DNA of 64,000 nt. Origin: Candidatus Latescibacterota bacterium (GTDB lineage: Bacteria; Latescibacterota; UBA2968; GCA-2709665). The number at the start of each line of letters is the position of its first letter. Position 1 is the first letter of the stretch. The stretch is taken from NCBI GenBank assembly GCA_965237675.1, contig OZ250150.1, positions 2,016,001-2,080,000 of the forward strand, given 5' to 3'. Under the pieces are notes generated by a model. It was not told the origin of the DNA, made no database searches, and saw only the letters and a program-made list of their open reading frames with translations. The position numbers and the translations under genes were made by a program. This document shows positions 9,865 through 20,021 of this stretch, one piece after another.

Positions 9865-10012
9865 GAAAAGAAAAAACAAGAAGAAGGAAGAAAAATGACA
9901 TCAAGGGCCGGGAGCACAGCCCATCATTCACCCTTCCACGAATTCCCTGCCTCAAGCGGGTTCCTTTCGAAGCGACCGAACGGGACCAAAGTTCGCCGCT
10001 CGCCGCGGATCG

Positions 10013-11779
10013 CTACCGAAAAGGCGCGGTTTCCGGCATCGTCAACACGCCGTGCGCTGGCATGAGACCGAGACGGCGCGCGATGTTGACAAAGGGTTGA
10101 ATCGCGCGCATTGCATGCGCGAGCGTGGATACGGCCGCGGGTTCACTGCCGCGGATGATGCCTTGTTCAAGCAGCAATTCCCATGTGGATTTGGGCCTGG
10201 GGTAGACTTGCAGCCGGAGTTCGGCGTCCGGCGGCAAATGCGCGGCTTCGCGCAGGAGTTGTAACGCCACGCGAAAACCACCCAGTTCATCCACCAGCCC
10301 CAACGCCATGGCGTCTTCTCCGGTCCAGATCCGTCCTCGCGCAATGTCGAGCACCCGTTCTTTCGGCAAGGAACGGCCCTCGGCGACCTTGTCCGTAAAA
10401 TCCTCGTAAACGCTGTCCAGCCATTCCTGCAACTCCGTCCATTCTTCCTGCGAGAAGTCTCTGTTGCCGGTCCACATCGCAGAATGGGCGCTTGTTTGGA
10501 CTTCATCCCAGGAAACTCCGGTCTTCTCCCACATTCCGGAGGTCAGCATCTTGCCGGCCAGGACACCGATGGAGCCGGTAATCGTTCCCGGCTGCGCCAC
10601 GATTTTGTCCGCGGCCATCGCCACGAAATAGCCGCCGGAGCCGGCCACGTCTCCCATGGACACCACCACCGGTTTGCCCGCTTCCCGCGCGCGCACGGTT
10701 TCGCGCCAGATGACATCCGAGGCCACGTAAGAGCCGCCTGGGCTGCTAACGCGGAAGAGGATCGCTTCGACCTCGTCGTTACGGACCGCGTTCCGAAAGG
10801 CTTTGGCGATCGTATCCGAACCCATCGTCGTCGTGCCAGAGGCGGGATCGAAATCGCTCTTGCCGCGGGTCACGTTGCCGATCCCGTAGATCAGCGCCAC
10901 AGTCTGACCCTCCTCCGCGGGTCTTTCGAGCCGCTTCAGGTATTTCCGTGCAGACAGATACTCTGCCTCGTCGTCCACGTACACTTTGACGCGCTCGTAT
11001 ACTTCGTCCCGGTACGCAATCCCGTCAATCAGCCCTGCCTCGAGCGCCTCCCTTGCGAGAAACGGGCCCTGGTCGAACAAGCTGCGGACCGTCTCCGGCG
11101 ACAGGTCGCGCCTTTCCGCGATTCCCCGCACCAGTTGATCGAATTGCGAATCCATCACCGTTCGCGTCGCTTCTTTGTGGGCTGGCGTGTACTGGCGTTC
11201 GGTGTAGAAATTCATCGCGTTCTTGTACTCATGGCGCTGGTCCCAACGGGGGACGACGCCCAGCTTTTCCAGCGTTCCGTTTATGAACGGGGTCTCGGCG
11301 ATCAGACCGGTCAGCCCCACCATGCCGGAAGGCTGCAGATAGATCTTGTCAAAGGCGGTTGCAAGATAGTAAGAGGCGTTGCCCGGACCGAACTCGCCGA
11401 ACGACTCCGAGTAGGCGAATGCAGGTTTTCCGCTCTCACGGAAAGCCTGCACGGCGTCTCGCAATTCCTGAAGCCGGGCAAGGCCCATACCGCTGTTGCC
11501 CACCCTGGCCAGGAGCGCCTCCACGCGCTCGTCCGCCGCGGCTCGATGCAAGGCTTCGACCATCTTCCGCACGGTGGTCCCATCCTGAAACAGAATCTGA
11601 GCAATCGGATTTACCGGCACGTACTCGGGCAGATTCCGTTCAAAGTTCACTGCCAGTACCGTATGGTCGGGCACCTCCTCCTCATCCATGTACGCCAGGG
11701 CGATCACCGCGAGAATGATGACGAGCAGGGTGGCAACGCCGCCAATAATGGCGAAGACCTTTACTATGATCCGCTTCAT
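10013..11779 (-). CDS. sppA: Signal peptide peptidase SppA (long, 67K type)
   Basis: N-terminal TM, two S49 domains, YKNA, RVSSPGGS, SMGDVAGSGGY, TITGSIGV; GGAGG RBS before ATG 11779. Confidence 0.94.
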   Translation of the reverse strand: MKRIIVKVFAIIGGVATLLVIILAVIALAYMDEEEVPDHTVLAVNFERNLPEYVPVNPIAQILFQDGTTVRKMVEALHRAAADERVEALLARVGNSGMGLARLQELRDAVQAFRESGKPAFAYSESFGEFGPGNASYYLATAFDKIYLQPSGMVGLTGLIAETPFINGTLEKLGVVPRWDQRHEYKNAMNFYTERQYTPAHKEATRTVMDSQFDQLVRGIAERRDLSPETVRSLFDQGPFLAREALEAGLIDGIAYRDEVYERVKVYVDDEAEYLSARKYLKRLERPAEEGQTVALIYGIGNVTRGKSDFDPASGTTTMGSDTIAKAFRNAVRNDEVEAILFRVSSPGGSYVASDVIWRETVRAREAGKPVVVSMGDVAGSGGYFVAMAADKIVAQPGTITGSIGVLAGKMLTSGMWEKTGVSWDEVQTSAHSAMWTGNRDFSQEEWTELQEWLDSVYEDFTDKVAEGRSLPKERVLDIARGRIWTGEDAMALGLVDELGGFRVALQLLREAAHLPPDAELRLQVYPRPKSTWELLLEQGIIRGSEPAAVSTLAHAMRAIQPFVNIARRLGLMPAHGVLTMPETAPFR

Positions 11780-11973
11780 GGAAAACCTCCATCGGAAAGA
11801 CGATGGTGGAAACAACGGGATGGGGTTCAGGCGCATCCGTGATGTTTGCCTGGATCTCAAGGTGTCTGGAGATAGCAATTCTGTTCGAAAAGAAAAATTG
11901 GGAAATGCAGGAAAGTCCGAACGATCTGCCCGCGAAGCCTTCCAGGCTTTCGCGGGTTGCATAGACTTGAGGC

Positions 11974-12234
11974 CTAAGCGCCGCCGGACCGTTCAATTTC
12001 CCAGCCGGGGAAGACCAGGACAGCCGGATGGCACATTAATGAGCGCGCCAACACTTTGGCGCGCTCGACACCAAGCCGTATTCGGCCGTTTTCAATGGCC
12101 GAAATTGTGGGCTGGGGAATGCCGGTGCGTCTGGCCAGTTCATTCTGGCTGAGCTTCTGAAGCTCACGGATCGTGCGGACGGACTCGCCCACCGAAACTT
12201 CCACGCGCTTCAGTGACTGGCGATGGTTTCCCAT
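11974..12234 (-). CDS. XRE-family HTH protein, HigA-like antitoxin
   Basis: LSQNELARRTGIPQPTISAIENG; GGGAGG RBS; downstream of RelE-like ORF. Confidence 0.8.
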   Translation of the reverse strand: MGNHRQSLKRVEVSVGESVRTIRELQKLSQNELARRTGIPQPTISAIENGRIRLGVERAKVLARSLMCHPAVLVFPGWEIERSGGA

Positions 12235-12251
12235 ATCGTTTCCTCCCGTGG

Positions 12252-12512
12252 TCACTTGCCGCGTATCGCCCGTACGAGGATATGCTGGGCCCTTGTTCTG
12301 TACATGACTCGCCAGAGAAGGCCAAGCCGAGACGATCGGTGCCCCTTCTTCTTACCCCGCCGCGCTTCGTCCTGAAACCCCTCGATAAACCGCAAGCCCT
12401 CCGGACCGGAGATGGTTACGATGTCCTTCCACGTCTCGTAACGTTTGAGTATTTTCCGAGGAATGGATTCGACCTGCTTTCCCACCCGTCGATGTTCAAG
12501 AATGATCCACAT
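12252..12512 (-). CDS. RelE/HigB-like toxin
   Basis: 86 aa basic protein, GFQDEA..G..KGHRSSRL...WRVMY; toxin-first order. Confidence 0.72.
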   Translation of the reverse strand: MWIILEHRRVGKQVESIPRKILKRYETWKDIVTISGPEGLRFIEGFQDEARRGKKKGHRSSRLGLLWRVMYRTRAQHILVRAIRGK

Positions 12513-12546
12513 ATTATATAATATATAGCCTATAATTAATATGTCA
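12511..12546 (-). promoter_or_regulatory. TA promoter/operator, probably leaderless
   Basis: TTGACA-N16-TATATT then 7 nt to the ATG; perfect palindrome ATATTATATAATAT at 12511-12524. Confidence 0.55.
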
Positions 12547-12922
12547 ATCGAAAACTGTCCAACCGAAGCGGTCGTGGCTGGCCGTCATCGAAGCGAACAC
12601 GTCGGAAGGCATCACACTTCGAAGCCGCATCCGATTGGCGAAAACGTCAAGAGCGGGTCTTTCCGGATGCGGCCGTTCATTGGGACGGGTCGTAAACGGA
12701 CAGGTTTGGCCCTTTTCTGTTGACAAAAGCGGATTGTACCGTGCATGTTTATTGTTGGTACGGATCGAGGGGCCGGAGGACATTCGATGGGGGAGGGATG
12801 AAGGCGGACGGAAGGGTCGGGGATGTGGGAGGCGTCGCCGGTCTCCGGGGACACGGGGGTAGGAAAGCCAGCCGCTGCTCCCGCGCGATTCAGCGAAGCC
12901 GGTTTTCAACGCCGAGGTTCGA

Positions 12923-13894
12923 ATGGGCGATATTCTCAGGGTAGAGCATCTCGAGGCCGAGCCGGGGCAGCGGCGGGATGGGTATTTGACAGTAGGAGAG
13001 ATGCAGGATAACTCTCCGGTGCGTCTTCCCGTTGTGCTCGTGAACGGGGCCCAGCCGGGGCGTACGCTGTATCTGCAGGCGACCAGCGACGGGGATGAAC
13101 TGAATGGTATCGGCGTGATCAGGCGGGTGGTGAAACGGCTGGATCCGGCGGTTCTGACGGGCCGGGTGATTGCAACCCTGATTGTGAACATCCATGCTTT
13201 TCACGCGGGCGCGTCTCTGAATCCCGTGGACGGAAAGAAGATGAACCGGTGCTTTCCGGGTCGGAAGGAGGGCACGTCGAGCGAGCGGGTGGCGTATCGA
13301 CTGTTCCATCGCGCCGTGAAACAGTCGGACTATTGCATCGATCTGCATCAGGGCGGCGTTCGACCCATGATCGACGAGGTCCGGGTACGGGTGGATCGGC
13401 GAAAACGCATCCACAGGGTGTGCATGGAGATGGCGCGCGTATTTGACATCGGATACATTCTGGACTGTCGGGGTCCGGACGGACAGTTGGCGCGCGCGGC
13501 GCCCGACGCGGGGATTCCCACCATAGATCCGGAGCTGGGAGGCTGCCACGGATGGGATGAAGGCAGCATACGGAAGGGCGTGGTGGGCGTGGAAAATATC
13601 TTGAAGCACTACGGGTTTATCGAGGGCCGGACGCAGACGCCACGGCGACAGACGGTGGTGGACGGCTTCCTGACCCTCCTGGCTGGCCGGGGCGGTTTCG
13701 TGGAGTATCGCGCCGCGCTGTACGAGCATCTGGAGAAGGGCGACCCCGTGGCGGACGTGACCGATCCTTTCGGCAGGGTGCTGGAAACGGTTTATGCACC
13801 GCAGGAGTCCATTTTCTGGGCGCGGACGTTGCGGCCCATGGTCGCCACCGGCGAGGCGGTGGCCATGCTCGGAAAGAATATACGGTACGTTTGA
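12923..13894 (+). CDS. Succinylglutamate desuccinylase/aspartoacylase family (M14-like)
   Basis: SDGDELNG (variant of HGDE), MNRCFPG, CIDLHQG, PELGG, C-terminal biotinyl-like segment. Confidence 0.85.
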   Translation: MGDILRVEHLEAEPGQRRDGYLTVGEMQDNSPVRLPVVLVNGAQPGRTLYLQATSDGDELNGIGVIRRVVKRLDPAVLTGRVIATLIVNIHAFHAGASLNPVDGKKMNRCFPGRKEGTSSERVAYRLFHRAVKQSDYCIDLHQGGVRPMIDEVRVRVDRRKRIHRVCMEMARVFDIGYILDCRGPDGQLARAAPDAGIPTIDPELGGCHGWDEGSIRKGVVGVENILKHYGFIEGRTQTPRRQTVVDGFLTLLAGRGGFVEYRAALYEHLEKGDPVADVTDPFGRVLETVYAPQESIFWARTLRPMVATGEAVAMLGKNIRYV

Positions 13895-13920
13895 GCGGCC
13901 GGCGCGTCATTGCCGGGAGA

Positions 13921-14184
13921 TTATTCCTGCATGGATCTGACCGCGTCGATGCGTTCGCGCACGAGGGGCCGGACGTAGACGTCGTCCAGGGGAAGCCGGG
14001 CGAAATCCCGTGCGAAGATCTCAACGTGGGTACGGACGTCCGGGCCTCGGTTCAGAATAAAACGGCGCTTGCCCCGCACCACGCACAGGCCGCCTTCGCC
14101 GCCATCTAGTTTTGCGTAGGTGACAGGGATGTCCAGGCGTTCGGCGAGAGCTTCGAATTCCTGCAGGAGTTGGGTGTCGGTCAT
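13921..14184 (-). CDS. Small conserved-looking hypothetical protein
   Basis: MTDTQLLQEFEALAERLDIPV..GGLCVVRG..DDVYVRPLVRE; start trimmed to 14184. Confidence 0.6.
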   Translation of the reverse strand: MTDTQLLQEFEALAERLDIPVTYAKLDGGEGGLCVVRGKRRFILNRGPDVRTHVEIFARDFARLPLDDVYVRPLVRERIDAVRSMQE

Positions 14185-14343
14185 AACGCGTCGGGTTCGA
14201 ATGTGAAGGAATGCCATAAAGCTGGGTCTCGCGGAATATAACCCATCAGGTGCTGATTTACAATGGTGCTTACGGAGCGTGGCCCGCTGCGCCGGACCGG
14301 CCACGGCTGAACCGGAAAGGATCCGTAACTGGACGTCGAGCGT

Positions 14344-15627
14344 ATGGCAAGCGACTACCGCGGCGTATGGTACCGCTGCGGAACCGTAAACGTGCTTCCC
14401 GGAAAAACCTTCGTCTACTCCGGCCCCATGGCGAGCTATTCGGCCTGGCATCGGCCGATGGCTGTGTATTCGCCAGAAGTCAACACCACCTATTTCGTGT
14501 TAGGAAACGAGGGGAACGCGCCCGCGATCGGCAGCTACGATCACGCCGCGCAAGGGTATTCCAGGCCGACTGTTCTCGGCGCCAATCCGGACGGAGACGC
14601 ACACAGGAATCCCACCCTGGCGCTGGACGACACGGGCTTCCTCTACGTGTTCTTCGGCGCACACAACGACCCCACCCGGGTTCTCCGTTCGGACCGGCCT
14701 CACGAAACTGACGCATGGCGGGAGTGCGCCGCGATCATCGATCCGAGGACCTCCTATCCCCAGCCGTTCCAACTCCTGCCCGACGAGATATTCGTGTCCT
14801 ACCGAGAGCAATCCTTCGGCTGGCGATCGCGCGTATCGAGGAATCAGGGCGAAACGTGGGAGGATCCGTTCGACATCGTAGCGTTCGAAGGCTGCGCGAT
14901 CTACGCCGTGTCGATCGCAGAAACCGGGGATTATCCACGCAAGATTCATCTGGCCTGGTCCCGGCTCGGCGGCGGAACCGACGAAGAGATCCGAACGAAG
15001 CACCTCTGGGCGAGGCGGTATAACATCTACTATGCGTGTTCCGACGATGGCGGAAAGACCTGGCAGCGCAGCGACGGGACACCCTACGACGTGCCGGTTA
15101 CGGAGGCGGACGCGGAGACGCTTTACGATTGCGGTGAGCGGGGGGTGTGGCTGAAGGATATCCAATTGGGTCCGGGCGGACGGCCCTTCATCCTGTTTAT
15201 CGACGCGGATCCGTTCACCTACATAAGCCATTGGAAGTGCGCGCGACTGTGCGAACAGGGGTGGCGGTTCAGCGATATCGCCGTCGGAGACCACATGTAC
15301 GACGACGGCGGCGTGGTGATCGAAAACGGATCGGTAACCGTCTATGCGCCGACCACGGCGTCTCAGCCGCGGGAGGACGGCGGGGAGATCGACGTCTGGC
15401 GGTCCGCCGACGGGGACGGGCCCTGGCAACGCGGGGAGCCGCTCACGACGGGATCGGATCTATCGCACAACAACGTGAAGGTCGTATTCAATCACCAGGC
15501 GGGGCCTGGAGACATGCAGGTATTCTGGAGCTACGGCGACAGCCTGTCCCCGCCCTCGACCAGGGAGTCGAGGCTGTTCGCCTACGGGAGTAGAATGGAC
15601 AAGCCGAGGATGATTCGGTCGGGTTGA
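14344..15627 (+). CDS. BNR/Asp-box repeat protein (BNR_4-like beta-propeller)
   Basis: Asp boxes SRNQGETW and SDDGGKTW; DAHRNPTLALDDTG..VFFGAH; SYPQ. Confidence 0.8.
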   Translation: MASDYRGVWYRCGTVNVLPGKTFVYSGPMASYSAWHRPMAVYSPEVNTTYFVLGNEGNAPAIGSYDHAAQGYSRPTVLGANPDGDAHRNPTLALDDTGFLYVFFGAHNDPTRVLRSDRPHETDAWRECAAIIDPRTSYPQPFQLLPDEIFVSYREQSFGWRSRVSRNQGETWEDPFDIVAFEGCAIYAVSIAETGDYPRKIHLAWSRLGGGTDEEIRTKHLWARRYNIYYACSDDGGKTWQRSDGTPYDVPVTEADAETLYDCGERGVWLKDIQLGPGGRPFILFIDADPFTYISHWKCARLCEQGWRFSDIAVGDHMYDDGGVVIENGSVTVYAPTTASQPREDGGEIDVWRSADGDGPWQRGEPLTTGSDLSHNNVKVVFNHQAGPGDMQVFWSYGDSLSPPSTRESRLFAYGSRMDKPRMIRSG

Positions 15628-15888
15628 ACGGCAGTAATAAAACGATCGATCGTCCACAACTCTTGACAATTTCTCCGGGTTATTCTACGTTATCGAAGGA
15701 TAGACCGAGAATTTGCGTTCTGATTTTAGAGCGTACCAATTGCCCGATCTTGCGACTGTCCCTATTTTTGATCAAAGGTCAAACTGGTCAAGATCTGGCA
15801 AGGAATGAGTCCGACGTCCGATATAAGACACGGGAAAAACAGTCTGCTATTGCAAGCCGAATTTCAATGTACAATGTCAGTGTGAACG

Positions 15889-16125
15889 ATGCCTACCGTT
15901 TGTCGGGTTGGACCGTACCGGTTTTTCTTCTATTCGAGCGATCGTGATGAACCTTCTCACGTTCATGTCGAGAGCGAAAATAAAATAGCCAAGTTCTGGC
16001 TTCAGCCAGTTCGACTTCAAGGCAGCGGAGGGTTTGGTCGAGCTGAAATCAAGAGGATTCAGAAAGCGGTAACAGACAATAAGGAACTTTTGCTGCGAGG
16101 GTGGGATGGATTCTTTGCAGACTGA
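15889..16125 (+). CDS. DUF4160 family protein (putative toxin)
   Basis: MPTV...YRFFFYS.D..EP.HVHV....AKFWL. Confidence 0.88.
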   Translation: MPTVCRVGPYRFFFYSSDRDEPSHVHVESENKIAKFWLQPVRLQGSGGFGRAEIKRIQKAVTDNKELLLRGWDGFFAD

Positions 16126-16420
16126 ACGCATAGTTGCCAAAGCCGAGGATATTGTTGTGACAGACGATACTCTGACTGTCGATTTCGCCGACGGGCGCAG
16201 TATATCGGTACCATTAGTGTGGTATCCCCGGCTTGTTCACGGAACGCCGAGAGAACGAAACAACTGGAGCATAATAGGAAACGGAGAAGGGTTTCATTGG
16301 CCGGATTTGGACGAGGATCTCAGTGTAGAAGGGCTGCTTCTTGGCAGGCCATCCGGTGAAAGTCAGCGATCCTTTCAGCGATGGTTGGACGAGCGTGCGA
16401 AACGTCTCGAACAATCGTGA
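16106..16420 (+). CDS. DUF2442 family protein (putative antitoxin)
   Basis: DGRSISVPLVWYPRL...HWPDLDEDLSVEGLL; overlaps DUF4160 gene. Confidence 0.88.
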   Translation: MDSLQTERIVAKAEDIVVTDDTLTVDFADGRSISVPLVWYPRLVHGTPRERNNWSIIGNGEGFHWPDLDEDLSVEGLLLGRPSGESQRSFQRWLDERAKRLEQS

Positions 16421-16541
16421 GTTCTCACGAGGCAATTCGGCACCATTCCCCCGCACGGTCGGCCACGGGATAATGGAGTACATTTTTCTCACTTTTGATT
16501 CCTTTCCTCAGACAATGCCAACGCCCTTTCAGTCCTCCCGA

Positions 16542-17156
16542 ATGAAAAACCAGAGCCTTCCTCGCTGTTTCATCTTCGATTTATCGGAAGTTTTCATTGC
16601 AGGGCTCCCCGGGGTCGAAAAGTGTGTATCCCGGAGGCTATCTTTGCCCGAGGATGGCCTATTGGAATGTTTCGCGGGAGATCCGCTGATTCAGGTCCTG
16701 GAAGGACGAATTTCAGAGGATTCCTATCTGGGCGGGATTCTGGAGCGAACGGGATGGAACCTGGACCTCGCATCGCTCAAGAGAATCCTCAGGGATAACT
16801 TCCACGTCCGGATCGAGGGTTCTCTCGACATTCTGCGCGAGGTCGCCAGGACCCATCGTGTTGCCATGCTATCGGACCACGTTCGGGAGTGGGTCTGTTA
16901 CATCAGGTCGATTCATTCGTTTCTGGATGTATTCGACGAAATATTCTACTCCTGCGAATTGGGGAAGACCAAGTCTGATCCGACGGTTTTCATGGATGTA
17001 CTCGACGCCCTTGGCCTCGAACCACGGGAGTGTCTGTTTATCGACGATCGAATACAAAACGTGAGGAACGCGGAATCGGTCGGCATGCCGGCGATCCAAT
17101 TTCACAACGCCGACCGATTGAGGTCCGACCTTGAACGAAGACGGATTCTGATCTGA
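16542..17156 (+). CDS. HAD-superfamily phosphatase
   Basis: FIFDL motif I, MLSD motif II, K motif III, LFIDDR..NV motif IV; start uncertain. Confidence 0.8.
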   Translation: MKNQSLPRCFIFDLSEVFIAGLPGVEKCVSRRLSLPEDGLLECFAGDPLIQVLEGRISEDSYLGGILERTGWNLDLASLKRILRDNFHVRIEGSLDILREVARTHRVAMLSDHVREWVCYIRSIHSFLDVFDEIFYSCELGKTKSDPTVFMDVLDALGLEPRECLFIDDRIQNVRNAESVGMPAIQFHNADRLRSDLERRRILI

Positions 17157-17198
17157 CACCGAACATTGGGGAAACGGCGAAAGAACTGTCTGATCTAG

Positions 17199-18886
17199 CC
17201 CGATTAATTCATGAATCGTCAGATAGAGCATTTTAAGGAAGCAGAAAGAGCTTCCGAGTGAGACAAGAAACGAAAGCGCATGGGCTGTGACGGATTTGGC
17301 GTGTTCAAGCCGTTTGGGCGGCGCCTGCTTTGCCTCGTGACGTCAGGTTGACCTCGATGCCCGTGTCAAGCGCACAGACTTCTCCATGACCTTTGGTGGT
17401 GGTCGATGCAAATGTGAAGGCGGGGTCAGCACGTCGATGGGTTATGGAACACCCGTTGCCAGATTATAGAGGATCTTGCCATAAAGGTGTTTGAGTGGAA
17501 ACGCCGTTGGCAGATGGAACTTGATTTTAGTTTTCAACTCACAAACGCGCCCGGCGACTTTCAAGAGACGATTTTGCAGGGTATTGAACTGTGCGTTGGT
17601 CCACTTCGTGCCGCGCAATCCGATTGCAGCCAGGCTGTGCATCAGGACATAGGCGGCGCTGTGGAGAAAGAGACGGAAGTGATTGGCCTGGAAGGTGTGA
17701 CAAGAGGTGCGATCGGAATGGAGAAAGGTCTTGTGATTTTTGATGAAGTTTTCCATCCTGCCGCGTGTGCAATAGGCGGTTTTGTAGATGAATGACGGTT
17801 GGGCGCGCTTCAGGTTGGTGACCACGAATCGGATATTGACACCTTGCGGTGTCACTTCCGCCTTGCAGACGATGCGTTGTGGACACGCCCAGGTGCCGGC
17901 CTGATAGGCCCAACAGCGATAAAGGCGCACGGTTTCTCCGGAATCGGCATACCGCGTTTTGGCCTGGTCTATCAAGGACTGTGCCTTCCGCAGGAGTTTG
18001 GCGTTGCCGTTCTGTCCGAGGACAAAATACACATCTTCTTCCTCACACAACACGTGCACTTCCGGACACGAAAAATGCGCATCGCCACGTAACAGGATCT
18101 CCACGTCGGGCCAGGCTTTACGCAGGTAGGCGATCACCCGTTTGAGGATGGTGACGATCTCTTTACCCGCAGGCCGCCTGCCAGGACGCAAGACCGTCGT
18201 GATCAACTTGCCGGTTTGGCCTTCATAGATATGCAGGGGCTGGTAGCAATAGCCATTGAAATACGCATTGAACAACGACAACTGTTGAGACCCATGCACC
18301 TTGTCTTCGGTGTCATCGATGTCCAACAGAATGGCTTCCGGCGGTTCCTCATACGAGGCGACAAACACATCCGCAAAGGCCTTGGCGATCCGATACAAAT
18401 CGGTTCTGCTGATGCGGTTCTCGAACCGACTCATCGTGGGCTGACTGGCCAGGTCCGCGCCAGACAACGGCAACCGATCACAGGCCGCCTTGAAGCCGGG
18501 GTCCTCGCGTAACGTCTTGCAATCATTCGCATCCTCATACCCACAGGCCATCTGAAAGACACGTTGTTTGATCAGGTCCATCATCGAATGATGTACGTAA
18601 CTTTGATGTCGATGATCGGTGAGCGCCGCAACCATCCGATGCAAAATGCCGACATTGGCCTCGACCTCACGAAGCAGCATCACCCCGACGTCGGTCGTCA
18701 GCACGCCCCCGTCGAACGTGGCTTCTACCTGCCTACCAGAAAGACTTGCGAAAGACAACCTGTGATGTTTATCTTGAACTCCCACGGTAGTTTCCTCCTG
18801 TTTCATTGTTATTAGGTTATTTGCGTAACCATAATATAATACAATGACTTGGGTATGGAAACTACCTTTTTTGTGAATTATTCAGG
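17199..18886 (-). mobile_element. IS1380-family insertion sequence, copy 1 (1688 bp)
   Basis: Imperfect terminal IRs CCCGATTAATTCA / CCTGAATAATTCA; flanks CTAG and CTAA; same ends, length and transposase as copy 2. Confidence 0.93.
17442..18806 (-). CDS. IS1380-family DDE transposase
   Basis: FDGGVLTTDVG, GYEDAND, LASQPTMSRFEN, LDIDDT, LRGDAHF, RGRMENFIK. Confidence 0.94.
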   Translation of the reverse strand: MKQEETTVGVQDKHHRLSFASLSGRQVEATFDGGVLTTDVGVMLLREVEANVGILHRMVAALTDHRHQSYVHHSMMDLIKQRVFQMACGYEDANDCKTLREDPGFKAACDRLPLSGADLASQPTMSRFENRISRTDLYRIAKAFADVFVASYEEPPEAILLDIDDTEDKVHGSQQLSLFNAYFNGYCYQPLHIYEGQTGKLITTVLRPGRRPAGKEIVTILKRVIAYLRKAWPDVEILLRGDAHFSCPEVHVLCEEEDVYFVLGQNGNAKLLRKAQSLIDQAKTRYADSGETVRLYRCWAYQAGTWACPQRIVCKAEVTPQGVNIRFVVTNLKRAQPSFIYKTAYCTRGRMENFIKNHKTFLHSDRTSCHTFQANHFRLFLHSAAYVLMHSLAAIGLRGTKWTNAQFNTLQNRLLKVAGRVCELKTKIKFHLPTAFPLKHLYGKILYNLATGVP

Positions 18887-18993
18887 CTAACATTGCAAAT
18901 TGGCTATTCCGGCCTGTCTGACCGGCAAGCCGGCTGCTTTCCCGGTTGCCTCCAGACCGGCGTAAGCCCAGTGCTTTCGTGAAAGAATGCACG

Positions 18994-19875
18994 ATGATCG
19001 AAATACTGCCCCATGAAACTGCGGATGATCTGATTTCAACTTCGGGTGCGTTCCTGGAATTGCACGAGAGTGAAAACAACCTGCCGATCGGCCTGATGTA
19101 CGGGCTTGCAAGGAATCCGAACGGCGCCGAACCCCCTCTATTGTTGAGTATCCTGGATACGGGTCGGGCGGTTGGGGTGGCTATCAGGACGCAGGGAAGA
19201 AAACTCATCCTGAGCAGGATGGATACGAGAATCGAAGAGGCTATCGTCCGTCTCGTCCGCTACTTACGTGAGAATGAGTTTTCAATACCCGGTGTTGTAG
19301 GGCCGATGGCTGAAGCCCGTGCATTTTCTGATTATTGGGCCGAAGCCGTACCTGGCGTCTCTTCCAGGTTGGCCATGCGGATGCGTGTATTCGAGATCAG
19401 AGAGGTCGCCGACGTGCCTCTTACCGACGGGGAATTGCGCCTGGCCGGCTTGGATGATCATGTCCTCATGGCGCAATGGATTGCCGATTTTTCGGAGGCG
19501 ATCGGTGAGCCGGCAGATTTCGAGGCGGCCGTTCGCGGCTCCGAGCGGTATATTCAGGCAGAACAACTGTACATCTGGGATTTCGGGGGGCCGGTTTCCA
19601 TTGCCAAGACCTCTCGTGCGACGAGAAATGGCATAACGGTCAATACGGTGTACACGCCCACGGAGTATCGAAATAAGGGATACGCGACTTCGTGCGTCTG
19701 GTCGCTGACGAAGAAGCTTCTTACCGATCGCTATTCATTTTGCAGTTTATATACCGATCTGTCGAATCCGACATCCAACAGCATTTATTCCAAAATCGGC
19801 TATTCGCCTGTGGGGGATGCGTTGGCATTTGGTTTTGTCTCTCCCGATCCGAAGGTGCCGGACGTTTTGACTTGA
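18994..19875 (+). CDS. GNAT family N-acetyltransferase
   Basis: VYTPTEYRNKGYA, LYTDLSNPTSNSIYSKIGY. Confidence 0.88.
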   Translation: MIEILPHETADDLISTSGAFLELHESENNLPIGLMYGLARNPNGAEPPLLLSILDTGRAVGVAIRTQGRKLILSRMDTRIEEAIVRLVRYLRENEFSIPGVVGPMAEARAFSDYWAEAVPGVSSRLAMRMRVFEIREVADVPLTDGELRLAGLDDHVLMAQWIADFSEAIGEPADFEAAVRGSERYIQAEQLYIWDFGGPVSIAKTSRATRNGITVNTVYTPTEYRNKGYATSCVWSLTKKLLTDRYSFCSLYTDLSNPTSNSIYSKIGYSPVGDALAFGFVSPDPKVPDVLT

Positions 19876-20021
19876 GGCGTTGATGCCGCGCGTACACGCC
19901 GGGTGAGGGACGGAGTATGGACACTTCTCACGAGAATGGAGTCTCGTTCCGGTGACGGTCGTCAAGGGCGGCAGGGTCTATACGTCCCGTCGCACAAGTG
20001 GAAATGCCGTGATATTGGGGG

